The notes: generated from the letters alone by a model not told the origin. A stretch of 63,764 nucleotides of DNA, filler included, from Octopus bimaculoides (GCF_001194135.2; 6 parts of 6 records of this genome joined end to end with filler, not necessarily neighbours in it); one strand, 5' to 3'. Counted from the first letter of the whole stretch, positions 11,553 through 26,388 are shown. Made by a program: numbers and translations.

Positions 11553-13595
11553 TGTGTGTGTGTTTGTGTGTGTGCATGTGCGTGTGCTTTTTTGTATGTA
11601 TTTATGTCTGCATGCATATGCATATATCTATCTGTGTGTATATTTTTTTCAAAGAGAACCAGTTTAGCCATCAAACAACAAATGATGTCATAGAGTTTTA
11701 TGGAAGGTTAGTTTGGTCATCATATTGATGAAGGAACATTCTAAAGTTGTGGTCAAAAGTAAAAAAGAACAAATTTAGAACAGTTATTTATTCTGTACCA
11801 TATACTGTAGTGATGTAGCAAACCTACATCTAAATAAAACTCACATTTATTCTGTGTATAGCTGATACTTATGCATAACTACTAGTTACGTACAGAGCTT
11901 AGTTATATAATCCAATTGATATGTTCCTTCCACACTTATGCATAATCCCTATCTTTGTACAACTTCATATACACAACTCCATATTTATATACAAGTCATA
12001 TTAAAATGAAATCCATATGAATGTATAATCTATATTAATGTAAGTCCTATTTTTTTCCCTTATTTCATTCTTGCTCCAAAAATTAGTTGGATTAAGTAGT
12101 TATACGAAAATAGATGCTTTTTTAAAAATATTTTTCAAATTGTATAGTGAATCAGTTTTTCATTTCACTGTTTTGAATAATCCATACACATCCATCACAC
12201 ACATACACATATACATATACCTACATATATACCTACTAATATATGCACATACACAAGTGCACATACCCACACAAATATATGTATGCAAGTATATACATAT
12301 TTGCTACTTGTATGTAATTTTGTGCTGTGTATATGTATGGGCTGTATGTATGCATGCATGCATGTATGTATGTATGTATGTATGTATGTATGTATAACTC
12401 ATAGTTATGTAAAAGCCTTATGAGAAAAAAATAACAAATACATAAATAAATACATTTGCTTTTTTGTTTAATTTGATAGTTAAAAAGTAGCATAAGCTCA
12501 TAACCACATGAGTTCCATTTGTGTTTGTGTCTGGGATGATTAGATTGGCATCAGTGGAATTAAAATTTAAATCAAAAGTTTGATTTAGCAATGGAACATA
12601 TCTGTGACCTTGGTGGGTTAGTTTTAGTGGATCTATTGTCTAAAAAGGACAGATTGGGAACGAGTTTAGTTAGAATTCTTGAAACTGACCAAAGAGGAGT
12701 GGAAACTAGTTCCTGTTAGAAGATATTGTGATCTAGTTTCCATTTAGAGTCGTTGCTATTTCACTTTATTTGCCATACGTTGGAAAGGTGTGCATGCCAC
12801 AGCTTCTCCTTTTCTTCCAAATGAGTTGAAAATTTCATCACCATTGTTGTCGATGTCATGGTCATGGTCATTGAAGTCATGGTCATTGAAGTCATGGCCG
12901 TGGTTGTGTTTGTGATCATGGTCGATATCGTTGTCATCATTGTCGTTATCGTCGTTGTCATTGTTATCATTATCATCATCCTCATCATCATCATCATCAT
13001 CATCTTTTTCATTAACGTCCATTTTTCTATGCTTGCATGGATCAGCTGGTTTCTTATTGCTTTCTTTCATGAAAGCGATGGAAAACCACCTTCATGATCT
13101 CCAATGTTTTTTACATGACATAAGTTGGTCAACTAGATGCTGTATAGACAAAATGACTATGGCTACCTGGGCACACAAAACATGAAGAGCGGGAATAAAT
13201 ACTATAAAGCATTTTCTCCAATACTAGAACTTTTCTGCCAATCAATCCATTGCCCTCAGCCAGGTCTTTACTTTAGCAGTCCTAAAAGGATGTAAGGCAA
13301 AGTTGACTACTGCGGGATTTGAAGTGGAAATGAAATAAGCAAGAACAAATAACTCAGAGCATTTGATGCTTTTATCTTTCATCTTTCACTTGTTGGATTG
13401 TGGCCATGCTGGAGCACTGCTTTGAAGGATTTTGGCAAAAGGATCATACCCAGTTGTCAAGTGGTGGAAGGACAAACACCAAGATACATGTGCATGCTCG
13501 CACATGTACACACACACACACACACACACACACTGTAGGTTTTCACGCAGTTCTCATCTACCAAATTCACTCACAAGGCATTATTCAGCCCAGAG

Positions 13596-13759
13596 CACTA
13601 GCATAGCTGGGGGCACTTTAGGGGCGATCCACCCTGGGCAGCACTTTTAAAGGGGCGCCACTTTTGAGTCTGCTGTAGGCAATATATGTTTTTTGTAGGG
13701 TTCGGGGGTGGAAAATAGAAGGGTCACCCTGGGCACCACACACTTTAGCTATGCTAGTG
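13596..13759. mobile_element. hAT-type MITE (164 bp) inserted in a family-C SINE
   Basis: 13-bp perfect TIR CACTAGCATAGCT/AGCTATGCTAGTG. 8-bp TSD GCCCAGAG/GCCCAGGG (7/8). Host SINE sequence continues on both sides (about 13375-13800). Confidence 0.85.
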
Positions 13760-13809
13760 GCCCAGGGCTATATTAGAAGACTCTTTGTCAAGGTGTCACA
13801 CAGTAGGAC

Positions 13810-14135
13810 TGGCGCTCTGTTGGTTATGACAAGTGTTCCAGATGATCTAATCAATAGAACAACCTGCTCCTGAAATTGATGGGCAAGTGGCTGAACACTC
13901 CACAGAAATGCGTACCCTTAATGTAGTTCTCAAGGAGATTCAGCATGACACAAGATGTGACAAGGCTGGCTCTTTGAAATAAAGATATTACTCATTTTTG
14001 CTCACTTAGTGAACTGGAGCAACATGAAATAAAGTGTCTTGCTCAAGGACACAAGGGGCTGCCAGCTATCAAACTCAAAACCTTACGTTTGTGAGTTAAA
14101 TACTCTAACCTCAGAGCCCTGCACTTCCATGCAGT
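13810..14135 (-). mobile_element. Family-A SINE
   Basis: Reverse complement of the family-A body and degenerate head. Confidence 0.8.
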
Positions 14136-14778
14136 AGGACTGAACCCGAAAGCTATGTGGTTGCAATAGATGATAAAAAAAAAGAAATAAATAAAAAAGT
14201 TAAACTGACTTTTCAGTCAATGAATCAGGTTACACGATACTAACTGAGCAGGAAATATGACACAGACTTGGTGTTGGGAAAGAGGAAAAAGTAGGTGGTT
14301 GCAGATGAGCTGAGTATAGTGTTGGTGGTATTGGTGGTGGATATGAGAGTGATGGTTATGATAGAAGAGACAAAAGGATGTAACTTGATGACAATGAGCT
14401 GGAGATATAGTAAATGGTATCAGGTTAGTTTGATCTAATGTTTCAGTGATACAGAGGAAGGCCTTTTATTTCAGATGTGTATTTAAGTATTTAGGGTGTA
14501 TTTAAATATAATTAAGGGCTTGTAATTGCTATGGGATAATATTTACTTATGTGACTTCCAATGAAAATAGATCACTGCTATTATGTACTTTGCTGAGTTG
14601 ATGATTTGGGTTTTAAAAATCAAATTAATATGAGATGTTTACTGCTGTTGTTTAACTTCAGGTCAGCTTTCATCAAACGGACCTATGATCAAAGAACTTC
14701 CAATTGTGACCATACTATCTCTTTTTATTTTATCCACAATGTATCTAAAACTACATTATTCAATGTGCCATTTCTTTA

Positions 14779-14990
14779 TTAACTCTTTAGTGTTCAGATT
14801 ACTCTGAACACTAAATGTAATGCTTATTCATTCACATTATTTTGAATTAATCATGCTTTATCCTGTGACATCAAAATTTTGATGATGTGATTTTTTGATT
14901 TAGAGGGACATTATAGTATAGGTGTGAGAGACTGGATCTGGCTGGTTTGAACATAAAACAGGTAGAATATTTAGGTCAGATATGACCAGC
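14779..14990. mobile_element. piggyBac-like MITE, truncated copy
   Basis: Starts TTAACTCTTTAG. Homologous in reverse to the complete copy at 51591-51805. Confidence 0.65.
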
Positions 14991-15182
14991 ATGGCTTGGA
15001 ATTGAACTCACAACCTTATGAGTGTGAGCCGAATACCCTAACCACTAAACTATGTGCCTTCACCATCAGGAACAACAATAGTGGTGATGTAGTGTTGTTG
15101 CTGAGGGTGGTGGTGGTGGTGGTGGCAGTCAACCTTCTGATGAAACCAATGGAAACTAGGGAACTACAAAATTTAATGGCAT

Positions 15183-15260
15183 ATAGGACACACTATTTTT
15201 CATGACAAATAGGACACACTATTTGTCATGGCAAATAGGACACACTATTTTTCAAAGCAA
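15183..15260. repeat. 26-bp tandem repeat x3
   Basis: ATAGGACACACTATTT... units start at 15183, 15209 and 15235. Confidence 0.9.
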
Positions 15261-15886
15261 AAAATTTCAAAATTTTACCTCAGGTCTTGTATCCAAAGTT
15301 AGGCCTCCCATCAGTTTTAATGCACCAAAGACATTTTTTTTTTAATATGTGCTGCTGAAATGAGAGGCTGATGTCTAATATGCTCATTTATCTTTTATGC
15401 TATCAAACATCATGTTTCCATTAGTTCTTCAAATTACTGATACTGTCTGTTGGTTGCAACTTCCATCAGGAGTGTTTATCGTATTTTGGTGATAGGGTCG
15501 GCCTTGAGCTCAGAATGCTCAGAGATGGAAGGGATACCATGAGCTATCCCGCTTGGACAGCTACATCTTTTTTTTTTTTTTATCAATCCCCAAAAGGATG
15601 AAATGCTAAGTTGATATCGGTTAAATTTGAAGTCAGAAAAACAGAGAGAGGGTTGAAACAAATATCATTGGGGAGGGGGAAGAAGCGGGGTGTGTGGCAT
15701 TGTATCTAACACTTTAACAACTCTTCCACTTTTCACAACTACAACACCACCAACAATATCAAAAACAATAATATCGGCTTCATCACCATCACTACTATCA
15801 TCATCATCATCATCATCATCATCAACATCCTCATCATCATCATCATCACCACCACCACCACCACCACCACCACCACCAACACCACC

Positions 15887-15944
<58 letters not shown>

Positions 15945-16594
15945 ACAACAACAACAACAACAACAACAAACAGCAAAAAGTTAATGTAGTCCTGAAGTGA
16001 CATTGCAATCTGTTAGTGGATCCCTTTATGAAAATAAATTAGTTTTAATGGTGTAGGAGTGAGCAATGAGAGGGAGAGGGAGAAGGGCTGAGACTTGCAT
16101 CAGTGGGACATTAGCATTGTTGGTGGTGTTGGTGGGTTTGGTGGTGGTGGTGGTGGTGGTGATGTGTGTGTGTGTAGGGAGGGGGTCAGTAGAAACCAAT
16201 TAAAGTTGTGATTGACTGATTGATTTGATTGATGGAGTAAGTGAGAGATCTGGTGCCTTTAACTTACATTGGGACTATCGAGGTTATATCTAATTAGGGA
16301 TTGGTAGTGTGGTATCTGTGATGGTGGTAGTGCTGGTAGAAGTGGTAGTAGTCATATCTACTATAGTGGTAGTGGTGGTGGTGGTTGGTGATGATGGTAG
16401 TGGTGGTGGTAGTGGTANNNNNNNNNNNNNNNNNNNNNNNNNNNNNNNNNNNNNNNNNNNNNNNNNNNNNNNNNNNNNNNNNNNNNNNNNNNNNNNNNGC
16501 TGGTAGAAGTGGTAGTAGTCATATCTACTATAGTGGTAGTGGTGGTGGTGGTTGGTGATGATGGTAGTGGTGGTGGTAGTGGTATCTAACTAAC

Positions 16595-16910
16595 TGGCAC
16601 TTCTTCAGTTATGACAATAAGGGTTCCAGTTGAGCCGATTAACACAACAGCCTGCTTGTGAAATTAATGTACAAGTGGCTGAGCATTCCACAGACAGGTA
16701 TACTCCCAACACAATTCTCAAAGCGATTCAGCATGATACAGAATGCAACACAGCTGGCCCTTTGAATTACTTACAGGTACAACACATTTTTGACTGGTGT
16801 AACATGAAATAAAGTGCCTTGTTGAAGAACGCAATGATCTGGTGGGAATTGAACTCACGACCTTGCAATTATAAACCAAATAGCCTAACAACTCAGCCAC
16901 ATACTTTATC
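16595..16910 (-). mobile_element. Family-A SINE
   Basis: Reverse-complement family-A body with tRNA head remnants. Confidence 0.75.
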
Positions 16911-16969
16911 ATACACATAGCCATTACTTCTCTTTGAATTCTTGGGAACGTTGGGCCTCACATAGGTGA

Positions 16970-17244
16970 TACGTGACCAAGATCTTTGGTGATATGCTCT
17001 GCTTGAGAAGACTCATCAAGCCCAAGTGAAATCATAGTTGTGGCCAATACCAGTGCCATGTAACTGGCACCTGTGCCAGTGGCACGTAAAAGGTACTAAC
17101 TACACTCTTGGAGTGGTTGGTGCTAGAAAGGGCATCCAGCCATGGAAACCATGCCAAAACAAAGTTGGAACCTGGTGCAGCTCTCCAGCTTACCGGTTTC
17201 AGTCAGACCATCCAACCCATGCCAGCATGGAAAGCAGACACTAA

Positions 17245-17279
<35 letters not shown>

Positions 17280-17280
17280 A
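16970..17280 (+). mobile_element. Family-B (RTE-tail) retroposon
   Basis: CCATCCAACCCATGCCAGCATGGAAAGCAGACACTAAAT(GAT)n tail. Confidence 0.8.
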
Positions 17281-18747
17281 TGCCAATTTAACCTTTGTTA
17301 TTCTTTTGAGACCTGAACTGAATACATTATATAGAGCGGTCACAGGCTCCCTGTGTCTCACTGGACTTTCTGAATGGCATGTTTAATAAATATTTACCTT
17401 GAAACTCAGTAGTTGTGTAGCTTGGTTGATGATGAGCCTTGTCTCATGTGACCCGCTTCTTGAAAAAGGTTTCCCATGCCTGATATTGAGCGTGCCTTTG
17501 TGAATGTGTGAGTGTGTGTGTGTGTGAGTGTGTGTATGTGTGTGTGTGTGTGCATGTGTGTGAGTATCTGTGTGTATGTGTACAAATGTGTGTGTATGTA
17601 TGTGTGTTTATGCATGTATGTGTGTGTGTATGTGTGTGTATGCATGCATCTGTATGTATGCGCATGAGTATGTGTGCATGTGTGTGTGTATGCATGTGTG
17701 TGTGTCTGTGTGTGTATGTGTGTTTGTATGTGTGTATATGTATGTGTGTTTGTGCATGTGTGTGTGTGTGTGTGTGTGTGCGTGTGCGTGTATGTGTGCA
17801 ATTCTGAACCTAGAAGTAACTCAGTAGTTACTCATGGACTTAGAGTTTTGTGTAAACACTGCCCAAACTAGGTTCAGCATTTTCTAAGATGTTTATTTAT
17901 AGTTTATCAATTCATTTTGCAAGATCCTGGATGTGAAATCATGTGTTGAAACAGATATTGTTGTTCTTCTAAGATGTGTACCCTTATGTGCACACATAAG
18001 GATACACATCTTCAAAGAACAGAATGGAGTAAGTGGAGTAAGAACACACATGAAAACNNNNNNNNNNNNNNNNNNNNNNNNNNNNNNNNNNNNNNNNNNN
18101 NNNNNNNNNNNNNNNNNNNNNNNNNNNNNNNNNNNNNNNNNNNNNNNNNNNNNNNNNNNNNNNNNNNNNNNNNNNNNNNNNNNNNNNNNNNNNNNNNNNN
18201 NNNNNNNNNNNNNNNNNNNNNNNNNNNNNNNNNNNNNNNNNNNNNNNNNNNNNNNNNNNNNNNNNNNNNNNNNNNNNNNNNNNNNNNNNNNNNNNNNNNN
18301 NNNNNNNNNNNNNNNNNNNNNNNNNNNNNNNNNNNNNNNNNNNNNNNNNNNNNNNNNNNNNNNNNNNNNNNNNNNNNNNNNNNNNNNNNNNNNNNNNNNN
18401 NNNNNNNNNNNNNNNNNNNNNNNNNNNNNNNNNNNNNNNNNNNNNNNNNNNNNNNNNNNNNNNNNNNNNNNNNNNNNNNNNNNNNNNNNNNNNNNNNNNN
18501 NNNNNNNNNNNNNNNNNNNNNNNNNNNNNNNNNNNNNNNNNNNNNNNNNNNNNNNNNNNNNNNNNNNNNNNNNNNNNNNNNNNNNNNNNNNNNNNNNNNN
18601 NNNNNNNNNNNNNNNNNNNNNNNNNNNNNNNNNNNNNNNNNNNNNNNNNNNNNNNNNNNNNNNNNNNNNNNNNNNNNNNNNNNNNNNNNNNNNNNNNNNN
18701 NNNNNNNNNNNNNNNNNNNNNNNNNNNNNNNNNNNNNNNNNNNNNNN

Positions 18748-18787
<40 letters not shown>

Positions 18788-19126
18788 GTTAAATATCATT
18801 TAACATAAGTAGTACAAAGATATAAGCTACTAATAATTTCTTTGCTTGGAGAGGCTGGTCTAGGCAAGATTTTATAACATGCCGTATGTCTTCAAGTAAT
18901 CAGCAGGTTCTGAGCTCATGCTCTATTCAATTTGCAAATCAGGACATTGGTACAAGAGAAATCACGAGCAAAAAATGAGAAGATAGATGCAAAAATGGAA
19001 GGAAAAAGAAAAAAGAAAAGATAGAAAATTAGAGTTATATCCCCTTAAGCTAGTTGCAGAATAATTCAGTGGAGATGGGTCCAAAATCTGTGAGACAACT
19101 GCTTAATCCAGAGAGGGTGGTGTCTT

Positions 19127-19420
19127 TCAGTTCACCAAAAGAAATTTGTCCATATATTTGCATTTGCTGAAAATTTCAGATCTGGAATTCAATAGTGCAA
19201 TGGAATTCTTAGATCTAAAATGAATGTGTGATCTTTCAGCTATGCATAAGTTGCATTTCTTAGATCCATTAACATATGACGTGAATTTTTCTACAATTTT
19301 CCGCTTGGTTGTATGTGGTGTACAGTTGGTCTTCAAATTCCATACATGGTTAGCCAACTTAGCGACTTTACTTTTGTCGGCGTGTATATATATTACAACA
19401 AGATTGGTTAGTGTTTCTTG
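19127..19420 (-). mobile_element. Penelope-like retroelement remnant (C-terminal end of the GIY-YIG endonuclease)
   Basis: KLANHVWNLK...YVNGSKKCNLCIAER...LLNSRSEIFSKCKYMDKFLLVN fits the PLE terminal Cys motif (HIWxLK...CxLCxxEK...LNxRxE...CRH). Confidence 0.8.
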
Positions 19421-20135
19421 TATGTGTGCCAGGTGATGAAAAATTCTAGTGGAGAGCGTGATGAAGGACTGCAGCAGTGATGGTTAGATGAAGGTCTATA
19501 ACAGGTGCTAGAAGGAAGAACCATGATAGGTGATAAGATGAATGACTCTGAAAGGCAGTAAGCTGAATCACTAAACTGGATGTTGAGATAAAGGACTGTG
19601 GCAGGTGGTGAGAGTGTAGCAGGTTTTAAGATAAAAGACTGATTGATGGTGAGATGATGGACTACAACATGTGGTGAGATGAAGGATCATGGCAGTTGGT
19701 GAGATGAAGGACCTCAACAGGCAGTTTATGATGATTTGTAATGGAAAGCAAGACATTAAGTGTTTGTGTGTGTGTGTGTGTATGTTCTCACACAAACACT
19801 TGTTCACAAATGCATATGCATGCAAGCTTATCCATGCACACTCATATATATGTAGACATCCATTAAAACTGCTTATTTCATGAATAGGAAAACTTGACAA
19901 ATGCCTTCTTATGCACACACACACAAACACTAAATACATACATATGCATTTTCACACACAACCTTATAAACATGCATATGCACACTTTTGTTCTTATTGG
20001 TGTGCATTCAGGTATATAAGCTACATTTTATTTTGCACTCATTAACAAACATATATCCATTTCCTTTTTTATCTTTTGTTTTGTTCTTTTTTACAAAAAC
20101 TGTGCAACATGGAGTGTGTGGGTGGAGGAAATATA

Positions 20136-20175
<40 letters not shown>

Positions 20176-21127
20176 AAAAATCATATCAAAAATACAAGAT
20201 ATATGTTAGGATAGACAAGATGAAGGAAAGAGGGATAAAAGAAAGGAGAAAAACCATTAAAAATATAAGTATGAGGAAGAGGAAAGACAGGGAAATAATG
20301 AAAAGAGAAGGAAAAAATAAGAAACTGGAAGAGAAGAGGATAGAAGTTATTTGCAGGCATTGAGTTAAAAGAGAATGATAAGAATAACAAGAAAAGACAA
20401 GAAAAAAGGTGGAGGAGAGGGAGAGAAAGAGTGAGAGAGAGAGGTGGGTGGGTACGTGGAAGTATGAAAGATGTGTTTGAGGAACTAGGTGTGGTGTGTG
20501 TATAGATGGGATAGCGGAAGAACGATAGTTATATTAAAGCATAAGAACAGAGAGGAGAAAGGGGCAACAGAAGGGAAGGCTATGTGGTGGGTGTAGGGGA
20601 ATTCTATGTGTGAAGTGTTTCTGCGATTTTAGAATATTTAGGTAAGGGTGATATATTGGAGAAAAAAAGAAAAAAACCCAGATGGAATAGGTTAGGAAAG
20701 GTGGAAAAGAAACAAAAGAATTTGTAGGAAAAAATATGAATAATGTAAGAATAAATAAAAGCAAGATAAGCAAGATGGTAGAAAGTTTAGAAAGGTGCTG
20801 CCATCTATGCAACATGGTATAAAGTGTAATTATATAGAAGTAAGCATCATTATGGATGCTTACTTCTATATAATATATAGTAAAAAACAAAACAATGTGC
20901 ATGTGTTTAATATTATATGGTTTAATGTATACACACTTACATGTGCACCCATATATACACAGATACATAAATACATACACGCACACACTCGCACATATAT
21001 ATGTATGTCTACATATATATATATCTGCATATGTATGTGTGTACAGACATACACACATACACACACCCACACACATATTGTACATATATAAGTGTATATG
21101 TATGCTTATATGTGTTTGTGTGTGTAT

Positions 21128-21172
<45 letters not shown>

Positions 21173-21319
21173 TATATGCAAGCACACAAACATACATATG
21201 CATGTATCATACAGATACACATAAACATACATATATATTACAGTTGAACCAATGCAGGCACTGATCCAAATGCATGAAATATATATATGCATGCGTGCAC
21301 ACACGCACACGCACACGCA

Positions 21320-21680
<361 letters not shown>

Positions 21681-22240
21681 TCTGTACCGTACAGGTAGCA
21701 CAAATTCAGTTATATGACATCCACATAAGTGCATCTAATATCTATACATATATAATTGTTCAATAGTGTGAAAGGCTGCAATATATGCATGTCTACATAC
21801 GTACAAATATACATTCTTACACCAGAAATTGAGATATATGACATATCCTCATGAATATACACAATATCTATACATATGTAATTGTTCAATACAGTGATGG
21901 GTGATGTATTAACATATAAATATATATATCTATATCATGTGTGTAGATGTATACATATATACACACACATATACAAATCTGAAACAAGAGAGTCTGTGCG
22001 AGTTTGCATGTACTTATGTATGTATTTATGCAAACATTTATATATATGTGTGTGTGTAAGTATGTGTATTTATATGTGTATATATATGTATTGTATGTGT
22101 GCAAATATATATGTGTGTGTGTGTGTGTAAATTTAATATATCTACTTAAATATACTCACATATGTATGTATACATACATCCGTATAATTGCATTTATCAA
22201 ATTTTCCTTTACATACAATATATAGTGCATGTGAAAGTTC

Positions 22241-22280
<40 letters not shown>

Positions 22281-22932
22281 ATGTGTATGTATGTATGTAT
22301 GTGTGTGTGTATGTATGTATGTATGTATGTGTGTGTGTATGTATGTATGTATATGCATATAACAGCATTTATGAAGTTTTTATATATACAAGATGTAGCA
22401 TTTGTGAATGATACATGTGACTACTTACATGTGCATACACACACTTATGCGTATTTAGGTATGGATGCACATATGTATATATATGCATATATATACATAC
22501 ATATATATATATATGTGTGTGTGTGTGGGTGTGTATGTATGTATGTATGTAAGTGTGTGTGTGTGTAAATAGACAAGTAAGTGTTTATATGTGTTTATGT
22601 GGAGTATCTATTTTTCAATTCATTATTTATGTATGTTATGTTTACATACCTGTAGATGTTAGCATTTGACTTCTGCATATGTATCTATGTATGGCTATGT
22701 ATCTAGGCACATATTCTATGTACACGTAATGCTGTATCATTTCATATTACAATTCTATCAATTTCTGCACCAAAGCTATTAAATACACATCCCTGAAAGG
22801 TGCGAACACCGTATGAATAATGATTACTCACAACTCTTCTGGTTCATTGATTACATAGGTAACCTCTGAAGTATTTCAAGTTTCAAAAATAATACACATG
22901 TATGTACAGGCATGATGGTGAGGTGTAACCTT

Positions 22933-23330
22933 AGCTACGAGGCACAAACATGACTGTGAGGCACGAGCATGACAGTGAGACACAAGCATGACTGTGAGGC
23001 ACAAGCATGATTGTGAGGCACAAGTTCAGCTGCGAGACACATGAATGGCTGTGAGGCACAGGTCTGGCTGTGAGGCACAGGTCTGGCTGTGAGGCACAGG
23101 TCTGGCTGTGAGGCACAGGTCTGGCTGTGAGGCACAANNNNNNNNNNNNNNNNNNNNNNNNNNNNNNNNATGGCTGTGAGGCACAGGTCTGGCTGTGAGG
23201 CACAGGTCTGGCTGTGAGGCACAGGTCTGGCTGTGAGGCACAGGTCTGGCTGTGAGGCACAAGAATGGCTGAGGTACATGCTTGGCTATGAGAGACAAGT
23301 TAGGCTGTGAAGCACAAGCATGGTTGTGAA
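22933..23330. repeat. 19-bp minisatellite, about 20 copies, with an internal N gap
   Basis: Core unit GTGAGGCACAGGTCTGGCT. Flanking variant unit GTGAGGCACAAGCATGACT. Confidence 0.92.
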
Positions 23331-23735
23331 ATTGAGAAGCTTCTTTCTCAACCACATGTTATGGGTTCAGTACAACTGCATGACACCTTGGGAAAATGCT
23401 TTCTACTATAACCCTGGACTGACCAAAGCTTTGTGAGTAAATTTGGTATTTTGATTTTGAAGCATTGCTCATGTGGTGTCATGGAAAAGTGCCTGTGCAA
23501 CCCCACATAAAAGTGCCCATGTGGCAAAATGTAAAAGCACCTATGCAGTGCCATGTAAAAGCACCCAGCACACTTGGTAAAGTGGTTGGCATTAGAAAGG
23601 GCATCCGGCCATAGGAACCATGCCAAATCAGACTGGATCTGGTGCAGCTCCCCAGATTGCCAGCACTGGTCAAACCATCCAACACACATCAGCATGGACA
23701 ACAGACATTAAATGATAATGATGATGATGATGATA
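23322..23735 (+). mobile_element. SINE with family-C-like tRNA/CORE head and RTE-type tail
   Basis: Head GGGTTCAGTAC...CCTTGGGAAAATGC. Tail CCATCCAACAC...CAGCATGG...TTAAAT(GAT)n. Confidence 0.7.
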
Positions 23736-23979
23736 TATATGTTTGTATATATATAAAAAAACAAGTTAAGAATGGAGTTCTTGATATTACATTTATTCCA
23801 TGGTTTACAATTGCATTGATAATGTATGGCTGACAAATCATATAACATTGCTTGAAGGAATGTAAGGGAGCAACAATACTGGTATATCAATTATATAATA
23901 CATATCATATAATAATTAATCCACACCCATCTACTCTTAACTCCTGCATATCTGCATATTGTACATATCTATCTGTATA

Positions 23980-24040
<61 letters not shown>

Positions 24041-24763
24041 NNNNNNNNNNNNNNNNNNNNNNNNNNNNNNNNNNNNNNNNNNNNNNNNNNNNNNNNNNNN
24101 NNNNNNNNNNNNNNNNNNNNNNNNNNNNNNNNNNNNNNNNNNNNNNNNNNNNNNNNNNNNNNNNNNNNNNNNNNNNNNNNNNNNNNNNNNNNNNNNNNNN
24201 NNNNNNNNNNNNNNNNNNNNNNNNNNNNNNNNNNNNNNNNNNNNNNNNNNNNNNNNNNNNNNNNNNNNNNNNNNNNNNNNNNNNNNNNNNNNNNNNNNNN
24301 NNNNNNNNNNNNNNNNNNNNNNNNNNNNNNNNNNNNNNNNNNNNNNNNNNNNNNNNNNNNNNNNNNNNNNNNNNNNNNNNNNNNNNNNNNNNNNNNNNNN
24401 NNNNNNNNNNNNNNNNNNNNNNNNNNNNNNNNNNNNNNNNNNNNNNNNNNNNNNNNNNNNNNNNNNNNNNNNNNNNNNNNNNNNNNNNNNNNNNNNNNNN
24501 NNNNNNNNNNNNNNNNNNNNNNNNNNNNNNNNNNNNNNNNNNNNNNNNNNNNNNNNNNNNNNNNNNNNNNNNNNNNNNNNNNNNNNNNNNNNNNNNNNNN
24601 NNNNNNNNNNNNNNNNNNNNNNNNNNNNNNNNNNNNNNNNNNNNNNNNNNNNNNNNNNNNNNNNNNNNNNNNNNNNNNNNNNNNNNNNNNNNNNNNNNNN
24701 NNNNNNNNNNNNNNNNNNNNNNNNNNNNNNNNNNNNNNNNNNNNNNNNNNNNNNNNNNNNNNN

Positions 24764-24806
<43 letters not shown>

Positions 24807-24816
24807 GAACACACAC

Positions 24817-24847
<31 letters not shown>

Positions 24848-25542
24848 CATAGATAGATAAATAGATATATATATAGATATATAGATATATATATATATAT
24901 CTATATATATATATATAAACACACACGCATGTGTGTGTATAAATATTCTCAGGCACGCAGGGATCAAGCTGAAGAAATAGCAAACATCTCAACAGAAACT
25001 CAGCTGCAGTTCAATAGAATCTTAATGGTTTGGTGCAACAGACAAAAGATGTTGTCATTGAAGACAATGGTTATGATGTTGGTGGTGGTGATGTATCAGG
25101 TGATGGTGGTGGTGGCAGTAATGGTATCAGATATAGTAGGTGTAATGTTGATGGGACAGTAATATTTTGATGATGATGATGATGATGATGATGGCGATAA
25201 TGATATTGAATGTGGTAGTGGTGGTGGTGGTGATGCTGGTGGTGGCAGTGGTGGTGGCACTGATGTTGCAGACATTGAGTGCGAATGTGGGGTTGGCGGG
25301 GTTGGTAGGGGGGGAGGCATGAAGGGATGAGATGTCGGTGATAAATAGCAGTGATTGGTTTAATTTTGTTTTTGTTTCACATTACAAACATAAATTGTCT
25401 TTACTGTTCTGAATACACACGTGTGTATGTGATGATATGTATGTATAGGTATATATATATGTATGTGTGTGTGTATATATTCTGTCTATCTGTCTGTCTA
25501 TCTCACCCACACTAGCTCTCTCCCTCTCTCACTCTCTGTATA

Positions 25543-25575
<33 letters not shown>

Positions 25576-26130
25576 NNNNNNNNNNNNNNNNNNNNNNNNN
25601 NNNNNNNNNNNNNNNNNNNNNNNNNNNNNNNNNNNNNNNNNNNNNNNNNNNNNNNNNNNNNNNNNNNNNNNNNNNNNNNNNNNNNNNNNNNNNNNNNNNN
25701 NNNNNNNNNNNNNNNNNNNNNNNNNNNNNNNNNNNNNNNNNNNNNNNNNNNNNNNNNNNNNNNNNNNNNNNNNNNNNNNNNNNNNNNNNNNNNNNNNNNN
25801 NNNNNNNNNNNNNNNNNNNNNNNNNNNNNNNNNNNNNNNNNNNNNNNNNNNNNNNNNNNNNNNNNNNNNNNNNNNNNNNNNNNNNNNNNNNNNNNNNNNN
25901 NNNNNNNNNNNNNNNNNNNNNNNNNNNNNNNNNNNNNNNNNNNNNNNNNNNNNNNNNNNNNNNNNNNNNNNNNNNNNNNNNNNNNNNNNNNNNNNNNNNN
26001 NNNNNNNNNNNNNNNNNNNNNNNNNNNNNNNNNNNNNNNNNNNNNNNNNNNNNNNNNNNNNNNNNNNNNNNNNNNNNNNNNNNNNNNNNNNNTATATATC
26101 TCGTCTGTTGTTATTTTTTGTATATTCTCC

Positions 26131-26181
<51 letters not shown>

Positions 26182-26353
26182 ATATGTATATATATATATG
26201 TATATATATCAGTGCTGCTGCCACTGCCACCACTGCCACCACCACCACCACCACCATCACCACCACCACCACCACCACCACCACAATCAATATCATTACC
26301 GTCACCAATTCACACATCCAAACATATATACATACATATATATACATATACAC

Positions 26354-26388
<35 letters not shown>

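Noticed and set aside
16331-16584. About 86-bp exact direct repeat
   Set aside because: The copies sit directly on either side of an N gap, typical of unmerged overlapping contig ends.
22933-23330. CRISPR-like regular repeat
   Set aside because: Units are contiguous with no unique spacers and there are no cas genes. It is a eukaryotic minisatellite.
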